Positions 41,199-51,700 of a DNA stretch of 64,000 bases are shown one piece after another. The stretch spans positions 186,001 to 250,000 of the forward strand of contig QPMI01000472.1 of NCBI GenBank assembly GCA_004431415.1. Reading direction: 5' to 3'. The notes beneath the pieces are model-generated. The model was not told where the DNA came from, made no database searches, and saw only the letters and a list, made by a program, of their open reading frames with translations. How positions within the stretch are numbered: the first letter of the stretch is position 1; each line of letters begins with the position of its first letter. Origin of the DNA: Cyanophora paradoxa CCMP329. Its lineage: Eukaryota > Plantae > Glaucophyta. Made by a program: the position numbers and the translations under genes.

Positions 41199-43140
41199 GC
41201 ATGGGCAGGCACGTACGTTGGCAGGCTGCGCGGGCTTCAAGAGAACAACAAGGCTGAGCTCCAGGCTGCGATCGTCGCCGACGTGCTCGCGGCGCAGGGG
41301 GTGCGCCTGCACACGGACAGTCAGAACGTCTGCACGTGGTTCGATAAGTTCGTGCTGAATGCGCACGATATGCACATGCGAGACTACATCCGGAACACGT
41401 GCAGCGCTGAGCTGTACGCGTGGTCCAAGTTCCGCGCCCTGGTGATGGGACGGGATCGGCAGCGGCCGGCTGCGGTTATCAAGGTCAAGGCGCACAGCGA
41501 CGAGGATATGCACGAGCTAAACGACGCCGCCGACAGAGCGGCCGATCAAGGCGCGCACCTGGAACAGGAGGAACTGGACGAGAACATCTTCCTGCCGCCC
41601 GAGTTCAGCATGCCGGCAGTGCTGACGATCGAGGGACCGACCGGGATAGTCAGGCGAGTCGAAGGCGACCCTCGGCGGCACGCCGCTGTGCTTCACGCGC
41701 ACCACACGCACTTCGCGTGGGCGAACCAGCTCAAGGCCGGGAGTGGCTACGGCTGCCAGTGGATCACGGCGCAGTATACGATCAGATGGCTATGGGGCCC
41801 GCCGAGTCGGAGTGAGCCGAGAGAGCAACTGCTTCCGGGGTACGCACATGAAACTCGTTTTGGGTACGGTGGCGACGGCCCTCGTCCGCAAGCGAGACGC
41901 GCCCGAGCTCTACAGCGAAGTGAACCCGGCAGGACTCTGTGCGCTCTGCAGCACACGGGAAATCGATGGCGACGGCCGGCCCCAGCTTGTGACTGGGCCC
42001 GAGGAGACGCTGGAGCACGTCCTCACCTGCCCCAGCGCGGTGGCGACGGAGGCGCGCACCGCTGCGGAAGCACGCATCGCAGCGACGGTCAGCGAGGCCC
42101 TCGAAGGCGCGCAGAAGCGGTCAGTGCCACACGCGCTCTCCAGCTCCCTGAAGGTCACGAGAGTAAACGACCCGACGCTCACGGCAGCTGAACGGCAGGC
42201 GCAGATGTGCGTGCTACGGGGCTGCCCCGGCGGGCCTCACCGATATGATTCGCGAGACCGTCACGGACGCCAAGAAAGCTGCCCAGGTCGTGCGCAAGCT
42301 GACGACGGCCATAGGCGAGCAGGCCCATAAAACGTGGGCCGCCAGATGCCAGGCGTACGCGGAGTGGGAGAAGGCGTGCGGGATCACGAAGGTCATGAAA
42401 GAACGTCGCGCCAAGGCGAAGCGCACTGAGGCGCGCGGGCGCGAGGCCGACGCGCCGCCTGACGATACGGCTGGCAACGCTCGCAGGAAGCGCGCGGATC
42501 CGGAGCCCCGGCAGCGGGAACGCTGCAGGGAGTGCGGTGCCCTCGAGTCCCGCCACCAAGGCGGGGAAACCCTAGCCCTCTCACACCTGAGCTGCCCGCC
42601 AGACGACTACGGCTGGGTCCGGGCTTCAGCGGCCATGCAAGTATACGACCATACGAACAGGTATGCTTGGGGCGTGGGCACACAGAGGGCGCGCCCGCGC
42701 TAGAGGGAGACACTGGGGGATTGCGGTCTGGGGCGGGGCCGGAGGACGCAACACCAACAAATGGAGGCGGCGGAGGCGACGGCAGGAGGCGGCCAGTAGC
42801 CCAATCTACTGGGGCTGGCGAGGAGCCTGGCACACGGCGCGGCGAGGCCCTTGGGCAGCGCTGGCGGCGGACATACCATGATTGGGAGTCTTTTGTAGAG
42901 ATAGGACCTCGTAGCCGGGAGTTTAGGTTGGTTTAGAAATCGATACAGCTAGCTTCCACATCATTAGTATTAGTTAGAAACCTCCTTAGCTAGATATCTA
43001 GACACGAAACCTTCAAACCTTTCGTTCATTTTGTACTTTCTAAAGCACAGCATACGACGGTCCTCGATAGTATCTAGTCGGAGAGATTTATTGGGCGATG
43101 TGAAACTCATTGTAGTTGTGTTGTGTGCTAATGCAAGAGA
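41199..43140 (+). mobile_element. 5'-truncated non-LTR retrotransposon (RNase H, zinc finger, 3' UTR)
   Basis: Abrupt GC rise; NNKAELQA...HTDSQ...KVKAHS...NDAADRAA (RNase H); CALC...ETLEHVLTC; 3' end shared with 52442-52543. Confidence 0.85.
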
Positions 43141-43146
43141 TTTTAG

Positions 43147-43913
43147 TTGACTAAGTGGGTTGAGTTGACTCAAATTTCACAGGAAATAACAATGAATCAG
43201 AGTATAAAATGCATTTTTTGAATCAACTACACCAACTAACACTGAGATTTTCACAATATATGAGGTCCTTACTGAATATGGTTTGTGTGACAGGTGTGAC
43301 AGGTTTATCCCGTGGATTTTAAAAATCAATTTCTCACTAGGACTTTCCTTGGGATTGACCTGTCACACCTGTCACACCTGTCACACCCAAAATCCTAAGG
43401 GTCCCCCCTTAGACTCAACAAAACAATGATAAAATCATATAAGTTTCATGTATAATTACGATTGAATTCAATAAGAGATCGATTTGTTAATATAAACAAA
43501 TGAATCATTTATGGATCTTAATCGAGTTAAGCGATATATTTCCGATTAAATGAATTAAATTTAATTAAATTTAATCGAGAAAGTACATGAATATAATATC
43601 GATTAAATCAATTAACAAAAAGACCAATCACACATAGTAAAATGCGGAGTTTTAACCAGAGGCAAGATCTAATTGAGATTCAGTTATATTATTCGGAAAT
43701 ATATACAGATTATCGATTAACTCAGTAAGACTAATCGGAAAATAAGAGAAATTTACGATAAAATATCGAAAAGAATACAAAATAATCGAAATAAATGAAT
43801 ATTCGATAAGATATACACAGATTATCGATTGATTGAAATAGAATATACGAGATATATCAACAAAATCAATTAAGATTAAGCCGAGGGTTAAAACTCCGCA
43901 TTTTACTATGTGT
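43147..43913 (-). repeat. Terminal repeat (outer part of right TIR) of element A
   Basis: Near-identical reverse complement of 63005-64000 apart from a 245-bp indel; contains iteron block 43285-43387 and a 30-bp internal inverted repeat (43628-43657 / 43886-43915). Confidence 0.8.
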
Positions 43914-43915
43914 GA

Positions 43916-44443
43916 GGAGCATTTATTGGTGGTGGTTGCAGAGTCTCAGGTCAACTCTCTTCATCAATTGCATACAATGATGTCCCAGATACTCTACCCC
44001 AAAATGTAGAGGATCCTCAACGAATTCGCTTGTATGCTCCTGTTTCCCAGCAACCTTTCATTCAGTTCTTCAATGAAATAACAGTTACACTTCTTAACTC
44101 TGTGGTTCCTGAGGGATTCCCAAATGAGAGAGTGGTTTATAATAATCAAGTTCCCATGGCTTTACAATCTCTCTGTCGTCCTGCAAACAATCAAATCGGT
44201 CATTATTACTTGTATTTCGTCCAACCTCACTTGCATTTCGGTCGGGGTTATTGCTCTGTTGGAAATGGGGGAGCTGCTTCATATGATCTGCATGTTACTG
44301 ATCTTGGAACCTATCGAATTCTGATTGTTGGAGCAAGAACAGATATTGCTGCTGTGTCTGCTCTTCGTGGGTATAATCCCAATGACATTTTGAATACAGC
44401 ATTTTATTCCGAGCCAGGTATTATAGACGACCCCACCCCATAA
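43916..44443 (+). pseudogene. 5'-truncated fibre gene, paralog of 44467-45294, cut by the end of element A
   Basis: Frame open from the junction: GAFIGGGCRVSG...DPQRIRLYAP versus GAYIGDGLRVGG...DPNTRIRTYVP in the paralog. Confidence 0.75.
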
Positions 44444-44466
44444 AAGATATATCTGTTTAATGTAAA

Positions 44467-45294
44467 ATGGCTGCCCCAGTAGAGCGAATTATTACACCCC
44501 AACTCTCATTAGCAGCACCTGCGAATCACGTTTTGCAGCATGCTACCTTTGATGATGTAGAAGGTCTCCAATCGACAGAAGTACAACCTACCATGAATAC
44601 ATTTGGTTCCACCCATAAACTGAGATTGCAGGAACTCAGATGTGATAAAAATAATGGAATAGTTAAGACAACGAAACTCCTTGTCACAAATGCAAACTTT
44701 TCTGCCCATTATGGAGACCCAGACAGTTATGGTGATCCTCTGTCTACTTATTCTTTTGAATCTCGGTCGGGAGCTATTAACTGCAAAACGGGGGGAGCAT
44801 ATATTGGTGATGGTCTTCGGGTTGGTGGAGCTGTTGGTGCGCCTCTTTTCGTAAATGATCAACCCAATCCCATTGATCCAAACACCAGAATTCGCACCTA
44901 TGTCCCCAGTATGAATGCACCATATATTATCAAGATCTTCCCAATTGTTGTGAATGAACAGACATCAGTAGTTGATTCTCTTGTTGAAATTGGTGACCAC
45001 TACAAGGTGGTCGTGGATATTCCACCAGATGTTTATGCTGTCTGTCAAGTAGAGGGTGGAACCCCAAATATTGCAGTTGTGATCACCCCATATGACAATT
45101 TCGGAATTGCTTATCATGGAGTGAATTTCGGTCTTGAAGATTACCAGTTCTTGGTGAGAGCCACCAGGTTTGGTATCTACAAATGCATTCTCTATGCTGA
45201 GAGAACCGATGCTATTGCAAAACAGAATACATATGCAGAATATTACGGCACAAATCGCTACTTCCTCATTTTCGGGCAGGATACTGCTCCATAG
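44467..45294 (+). CDS. Fibre-like protein sharing its N-terminal domain with B 34505-35503
   Basis: LRLQELRCDKNNGIVKTT versus LRVKELRADKAGGIVKAT; GGAYIGDGL versus GGAWIGTGL. Confidence 0.72.
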   Translation: MAAPVERIITPQLSLAAPANHVLQHATFDDVEGLQSTEVQPTMNTFGSTHKLRLQELRCDKNNGIVKTTKLLVTNANFSAHYGDPDSYGDPLSTYSFESRSGAINCKTGGAYIGDGLRVGGAVGAPLFVNDQPNPIDPNTRIRTYVPSMNAPYIIKIFPIVVNEQTSVVDSLVEIGDHYKVVVDIPPDVYAVCQVEGGTPNIAVVITPYDNFGIAYHGVNFGLEDYQFLVRATRFGIYKCILYAERTDAIAKQNTYAEYYGTNRYFLIFGQDTAP

Positions 45295-45319
45295 AAATCT
45301 CAGGTATATATAGAGAGGG

Positions 45320-45592
45320 ATGGATGATAAAACAAAGAAATTCATAGAATCTGCAATGAAGGTTCATGGTGATGCTAAATTCGATTATACTGAGACAGTG
45401 TATAAGAAAGCACAAGAGAAGGTCTCTGTTAGATGCCTTAAATGCAACAAGATCCTGCAAACCTACCCATTTAATCATGTAAGGGGCAGTGGATGCAGAG
45501 AATGCAACAAGAAATCCTCTCATGCATATAGAAAAAAGACGACATCAGGAATTGTGATAGATGATAAACCAGTGGTACTGTACTTTGATTAG
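45320..45592 (+). CDS. Stand-alone DUF723-like zinc-ribbon domain (endonuclease-associated)
   Basis: FIESAMKVHG..FDY...Y....KV.V.C..C......P.NH.RGSGC..C. Confidence 0.7.
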   Translation: MDDKTKKFIESAMKVHGDAKFDYTETVYKKAQEKVSVRCLKCNKILQTYPFNHVRGSGCRECNKKSSHAYRKKTTSGIVIDDKPVVLYFD

Positions 45593-45738
45593 ATCTTTGA
45601 GAGAGAGATGAGGATCTTGCCCCATTTTCCCTTTGTGATTATGCATGTATCAAAACAGTTTGGACAGGTCTTATGGTAATGCAGCAGGATGATATCCACC
45701 AACTCATAAGGTAGCACTCTTGCTAAGATGGTTCGCAT
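45589..45738 (-). CDS. 49-aa ORF with F-box-like LPYELVDIIL motif
   Basis: Fills the gap between neighbouring genes exactly; motif is weak. Confidence 0.3.
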   Translation of the reverse strand: MRTILARVLPYELVDIILLHYHKTCPNCFDTCIITKGKWGKILISLSKI

Positions 45739-45778
45739 TCTACCAATCGCGTTTTTAATTTTTCTAAATTATTCATAA

Positions 45779-46180
45779 ATGAATACTCATCGAGGCTTCC
45801 ATGTGATGCTGGATTACAAATTCAGAACCCAATTAGCAGTAGGAATGGAGGACTTGGAGACAACAACCAGGTGGTTAATGCAGTTCTTGCAAACTATTAT
45901 TCAAGAGCAAGGTATTCGAGTAGTTCACAAGCATTGCGAGATTTTCGATGGTGGTATTTCTCCTCCTGGTTTTGCAATGGTTCTTCTGCTGGATGAGAGC
46001 CACTGCACTGCTCATTGTTACTCAAATGAAGGTATGTTGGCGATTGATATATTCAGTTGTGGATTAGAAGCAGAGAGAAAAACCACGAGAGTATCTCATG
46101 AGATAGATGAGAGAATAACAGGTGTGTTTTCAGGGTTGGAGAAATCGGAGAAACATAGAGTATTGCGATTTCCGAGTTAG
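45779..46180 (+). CDS. speD: S-adenosylmethionine decarboxylase proenzyme (short prokaryotic-type)
   Basis: GFHVMLD...LLDESHCTAHCY...LAIDIFSCG; clear homolog of 12298-12690. Confidence 0.88.
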   Translation: MNTHRGFHVMLDYKFRTQLAVGMEDLETTTRWLMQFLQTIIQEQGIRVVHKHCEIFDGGISPPGFAMVLLLDESHCTAHCYSNEGMLAIDIFSCGLEAERKTTRVSHEIDERITGVFSGLEKSEKHRVLRFPS

Positions 46181-46236
46181 TTGACACTGAGAAATTCAGA
46201 ATTTCAGATGGGCTTACTGAAAATGGTCCGATAATC

Positions 46237-46652
46237 GGGTGTGACACCTATTTAATTGACTGTGACGCCTGTGACAGGTGTGACACCTATTTTCAAACTT
46301 TTTAAATTTTTCAAAAATGACAGACTTTTGAAAACACCTGTCACACCTGTCACACCCGTCACACCAAATTAACAAAAGACTCTATTTATTACTGAGATTG
46401 TCAAGAATTTATTGTTGTCTTACTGAAAACAGTCTTTGTGACAGGTGTGACACCTTCAAAATCCACCCAACAATAGTCGATTTCATGAATACTTTTCTGT
46501 CTTACTGAAAATGGTAAGGAGATCGGGTGTGACAGATAGTTTAATTGAGTGTGACAGGTGTGACAGGTGTGACACCTATTTTCAAACTTTTTAAATTTTT
46601 CAAAAATGACAGACTTTTGAAAACACCTGTCACACCTGTCACACCTGTCACA
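46237..46652. repeat. Duplicated inverted iteron blocks (GTGACAGGT / ACCTGTCAC) around an AT-rich spacer
   Basis: Blocks at about 46237-46365 and 46525-46652 with identical spacer. Confidence 0.75.
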
Positions 46653-47137
46653 GACATTCTACCCCTCTTACTGACTTTCTCAAAAACAAATATATCTCTT
46701 ACTGAATATCATTTGAATACTACCTGTCACACTTGAATTCATTTATTATGTTTTATAGAACATATGGAATCTAATCGATTGTTCAATTGGAGACCATGCA
46801 ACTCTGTGACACTTTTTGCGTTTTTCGATACAGAATGGGCGGTGGTCTACTTCAATACATGAGAGATATATCGAGTTTATGCGAATTTATGCGAATTAAT
46901 CGCGATTATATCGTTCTTTAAGTAGTTTAATGTTAATCTATCGCAGATTTGTATGTAAACAACAAAGTACATAATCAATCGATAAAAGATCAATTGAATC
47001 TATCGAAGTTTAATCGAAAATATGCATTTTGGTAAACGCGTTTTCATTTTTAATACAAAGTTTGCATTATTTTATACAAAGTTTGCATAAAAAGTTAAAG
47101 AAATTAATCGAAAAATATGTATTTTAGTATTAAATTA

Positions 47138-47222
47138 ACACATATTGAAAAACGAATTTAAATCCAGGAGCGAAGCGCGAAGCGCGAAGCGGAGGGATTT
47201 AAATTCGTTTTTCAATATGTGT
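47138..47222. repeat. Terminal hairpin of element C: 28-bp perfect arms, loop with 3x GCGAAGC
   Basis: ACACATATTGAAAAACGAATTTAAATCC / GGATTTAAATTCGTTTTTCAATATGTGT; loop AGGA(GCGAAGC)3GGAG. Confidence 0.9.
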
Positions 47223-47936
47223 CGCAAGCTCCGCTCCACGCCGCTCGACGTCATCGCCAACGCGGCGAGCCTCGGCGGGGCCGCCATGGGCGCGGCCGGG
47301 CAGGCCCTCCTATGGCGGCCCTCCTCGCCTACCTCTTCGCCAAGCGCTTCCTGAGAGTGCGCCCGGCCCTGCAAACCTCAGCGTTTACCGTAGCCGATGG
47401 ACTCGCAGCGCAAGTTCGGGATCAGGGCGGACGAGACTGGCGACGACGTCCTTGCCGGCGGAGAGGCGCAGGCCGCGGAGCTCTTCCCCCGCGGCCCGCG
47501 CGAGCCCGCGCCCGCGCGAGAGCCCGCGCCCGCCGCCGTGCAGCGGCCCCCCAACGTCAGCGCCGCGGGGCCCCGGAGGCCCCCCAACGTCAGCACCGCG
47601 GGGCCCCGGAGGCCCCCCAACGTCAGCGCGGCGGGGTCCCGGGGGCCCGCCGACGTCAGCGCGGCGGTGCCCCAGAAGCCCGTGCACCTCTGGGGCATGG
47701 GCCTCGACGCGGGCGATGCCAAACCCAACGGGGGGCAACCGAAGCCGGGGCCGGCGAGACGCGAGTCGGTCTTCAGGTCGGCCCTGGCCCTGCCCCCCAG
47801 CCGGTACCGGTACCTAGGCCTACCGGTGCCCTCGACGAGCGAGGAAGGCAGCAGCGCGGACGGCGCCCCGGACGCCGCCGCCGGCCGCCGGCGGCAGGTC
47901 GCGAGCCTCAACGACATGCAAGCCGTCTACCTGTGA
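47223..47936 (+). CDS. 3' exons of a host membrane-protein gene, interrupted upstream by element C
   Basis: GC-rich; hydrophobic segment (AALLAYLFAKRF), GT..AG intron near 47357-47393, last exon with 33-bp tandem repeats (PPNVSAAGPRR). Confidence 0.5.
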
Positions 47937-48769
47937 TTCGCTTCCCACGCCCCTCCCCGCGACCCATGACGTTCCTTCTGCTCTCTCTCATTATTAGCAT
48001 GTATAAATTTCGCCCCTGCCCCTCTTACCGAAACCCTTATATTTATGTCCTCTATGAACTAGCTTGATTGTATAATTTGAGAGATATAAGAGAGAAGAAG
48101 AGGGAGAGTCTGAGACAGAGGAGAGAGAGGAAGGGGTTGCGACAGGCATGCTGCGCTGGAGAAGCGTTGCAATTGGGTGTCAATGGGGTGTGGGATAGTG
48201 GGATGGGTGTCAACGACGGCGAACGAGCTAGGGCGGCGGTAGCTATCATCGTATACGTATAGGCGTTGATTCTCAGTACGTATACCGGCCGCGGGGTATC
48301 AAATTACTATCAATGCATGTGCGAGGTCCACTTTTGCAAAACGCCTCCGACGAGGTGCGCCGTACCCCTTCTTTTTTCCGCCGCGCCAGCCTGGCAGCGT
48401 GAACCCTTCGCAGTACCCCTTCCGGCCCGACTCGACGGGCGCTGCGCCCTCGTCGCGGGGGCGGTACGGGCGCTGGGGCAGCCCCCCGCGAAGCTTCCCC
48501 GTCTACCGCATTCTCGGTTTTTCGTTTTTCATTCGCAAATTTAAAAGAGAACTGAGCAGCAAGAATATGAGTATTGAATGCTTTCGGGCTCCCTCCGAAA
48601 AGACTGGACAGCAAAAAATGAGATGCGCAAGCATTACTGCACATGCAACAGCTACGCTGTTGTTTTGATCCGATGATCGCAAAAATGCCGAACTTCTATC
48701 TAGACCTGCGACACTGCACATGCAACAGCTATGCTCTATAACTATATGCCAATCGCAACTATATGCCAA

Positions 48770-51700
48770 CTATTGGACGACATGAGAGAGATCTGACCGA
48801 CGGTCAGACGGGTCGTCCCCAGGATCTGGGGGACCCAGATGGGAGAGAAGGGGCGCGGGTCGAGAAGGAGGAAGCGGGGGCCCGCTGGAGGGGGCGGAAC
48901 CGGCGCCGACCCCGGCGCTGTTGCTTGAGTAGCTCGCGGCGCGGAGGCCGATGCTTGGCACCGACAGGGCGGAGCTGGGCGAAGGGGCTGACAGGGAAGC
49001 CGGCAGCGGGACAAGGCTGTACCGGCGCGCCAGCGCCGCGGTCGGTGCCGGCGGAGGTTCCAGCAGGGCGGCCGTGGCCGCGGGTTGCGCCAGGAGGCTG
49101 TGCCTCCGGGCGCCCGCCGGCCTTTTCGCACCTAGCGACGGCGACGGCGCTAGGCTGCCCCGCCTGGAGCGTGCGCGCAGGTCCGGCGTGGATGCCAGTG
49201 GCTGTACATGTGTGGCACTGGGCAGTTTCTGCACGGTCACGCCGACGGTCGCGGACATCGACCGCGGCGGGACATCGATATCGATCGTGGACGTCGGAGG
49301 CGGCAACTGCAGATCCAGAAAGCTCGCCCTGCGCGCGGCGGCGGCGGCGAGCGCTGGCGCTGACGGCGACGCCGGAGGCTGCACGCTGGACCGGCGCGAG
49401 GGCGCGGCCGTCGTGGCTTCGGCTTCGTTCGCAGGAGGCGACGGCCGCGGTGCCGCCAGCTGCAGGAGGCTGTTCCTGCGCGCGGCGGCCGCCGGCGACA
49501 TGGCCGCGTTCAGAGCCGTGAAGCGCGAATCGCGGAGGCCGAGGTGGCTGAAGCTGTAGGAAAAGGCGGGGCCGGACGTGTGGTGAATGAGCGGGAGAGA
49601 GCTCGAGCGGCCGCGCCGGAACTCCGGCTCTGGTTTCGCGGGTTCCGGCATTGGCGGGTGCCCGCTCAGCTCGATCACGGAGGCCACCCGCGCCCGCCGC
49701 AGCGGCGGCGGCGGCGGCGGCTGCGTCGGCAGGGGCGCCGAAGTTGAGGGTTCGAGAACGTCGCCGCTGGGCTCAGCGGCGGAATTCGAGGCCGAACTCG
49801 CAGGCGCTGACGGCGGCGGATCCGGAGCTGGCGGGTCCGGGCTGGGGGCGGGAGGATCCAGGGCTGCAGATGGTGGGGCGGCGTCGCCGCCTCGACCCGC
49901 GCTCCCGATGCTGCTCGTGCTCGCGGGCCACTTGAGTTCCAGGACCGATGCCGGCGCCGGCGCCGGCTGCGGCGGGTCCGAGGGAGACGGGCTCGGGAGG
50001 GTGTTCAGGGCGGGGGCCCGCGCGCCCTTCCCGCGGACCCTCTCGAACATCGCGGCGCGCATCTGCGCGCACGACTCGCATCGAACTCGACACCACAAAA
50101 GCTTCGCGGGGCTTCGGTTACCTGGGCGACCCGCCGCGCCGCGAAATACGCGAGGACGATCTGCCCGCCGGCCGCCAGGGCCGTGCCGATCAGCGAGGCA
50201 AGGTCGGCGGCCGTGTCCAGGTAGCTCGCGCGAATGACGCGGGAAACCTGCGTGCCAGTGCGCGCTCGGTTCGCTCGCAAACAGAATTAATAATGGTACA
50301 ATTATAGTCAATGTACTTGCTATAACTTTGATAATGGAATAGACTATTTGCATTTAGAAAACTTTAAATTAGTAAATGAAGATATTATTAGATATGATGT
50401 TAACTGAGACTTCTCAAATTTAAAGCCGCTCACGAGGAGGTAGACTTCGTTGACCGCCAGCTCCGCGCGGAAGCCGACGGACTCCACAGAGGCGCACGAC
50501 GGGTCGCTCAGCTGCCGCGTGAGCGAGCAGAGGCCCTGCGTGTGTGGCGACCTCACTGAGTCAGACAAAGGCACGCGAGGAAATGAAAGCTTTGAGCCGC
50601 GCACGAAGGAGGTCTCGTCGAGCTCGGCGTCGCGGTTGCTCGCCTGCCGCAGCGCCGCGTCATACTGCGGGACGCCGTCCGCCGCGTGCTCGAAGTGGAC
50701 GGGCGTGAGGAGGACGGGCACGGCGACGGGCCGCGCCCCGCGGAAGACCGTCAGCTGCTTCAGCTTCTCGTCCCTCGTGGACGTCGTCACCACGCCGCGG
50801 ATCGACGCGTACTTGGGCACCTGTTTACACAACATTAACGAATTCTCTAACGTTGTTTCTCAAATGAAGGAACCTTGACGGAGTAGCGGATGGCGACGGC
50901 GAAGGCGAGGCGGGAGACGAGGCGGAAGTCGACGGCGGCGGCGGCGGAGGCGGTGGACGCGACGCGGCAGGCTTCGCAGCGCCACGTCACCCTGCGGCGC
51001 GTCTCTCTAGACAGTCGGGAGGACGAAATCAAAGAAAAGGGCGCACGTGCAGGTCCGCTCGGAGACGTTGAAGGCGGCGGAGGCGACGCCCGCGGGCGCC
51101 TGCGTCTCGTTCACGGGGGAAATGGCGCGCCAGGAGACGACGACGCCCTCTGCCGTCGCGTTCGTTAAGGCGCCCCTCGAGGCGTTGGCCGCCGCCTGCT
51201 CCCGCACGAAGCAGGAGGGGCCCGCTGCCATCGCGCGCTCAGCGAAAACTTCGGAAAGGAATGGGAAGAAGCGCACCGGACCAGCCTAGGAAGCTGGCGG
51301 AGACCTCGACGGGACCCGCAATCGCCGCGGCCGAGGGCGACGTGCCGGACAGCAGCGTCTGCACCGTCTCGTAGTTCGCGATCGCCTGCGCCGCGTCGGC
51401 AGGGGAAAGGAAAGCGGAATTCGAAGGTTTTCGCGCACGAATTGGAGGACGACAAAGGAGGCTGTACATGTGCGCAGGAAATCAGAATTCGAACAATTCA
51501 AGAAACGACTGAGCGGAAACGGAGCGACTCGCCTGCGAGGAGGACGAGGCCCACGCCGATCACTGTCGCGAACGCGCCGGCGACGGATTTCGCGGCCTCA
51601 GTCTGCGTGGGCCCGTCCGTAGGTTCGCCCAGCTCCGATACCGGCGTAACGTTCCCAAAGGACACAACGCCGACGCTCCCGCGGCGGCCGGTGCGGGCGG

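Larger units (their letters stand above)
1..43913 (+). mobile_element. Endogenous Polinton-like virus, element A (left end outside window; interrupted by element B and a retrotransposon)
   Basis: Contains MCP, penton-like genes, A32 ATPase, PrimPol-D5 helicase, pPolB and rve integrase. Right end inferred at 43913 (...TACTATGTGT), where identity to the inverted copy at 63005 stops and a truncated gene begins. The repeat block 43285-43387 closely resembles A's internal block 6327-6438. Confidence 0.8.
43914..47222 (+). mobile_element. Right-end segment of a third PLV, element C
   Basis: AT-rich; fibre genes homologous to B 34505, AdoMetDC and iteron blocks; ends ...TATGTGT at the sharp AT/GC boundary. 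Confidence 0.75.

Noticed and set aside
43628-43915. Independent MITE
   Set aside because: No flanking TSD, and it occurs at the same terminal position in both TIR copies, so it is treated as part of the viral end.
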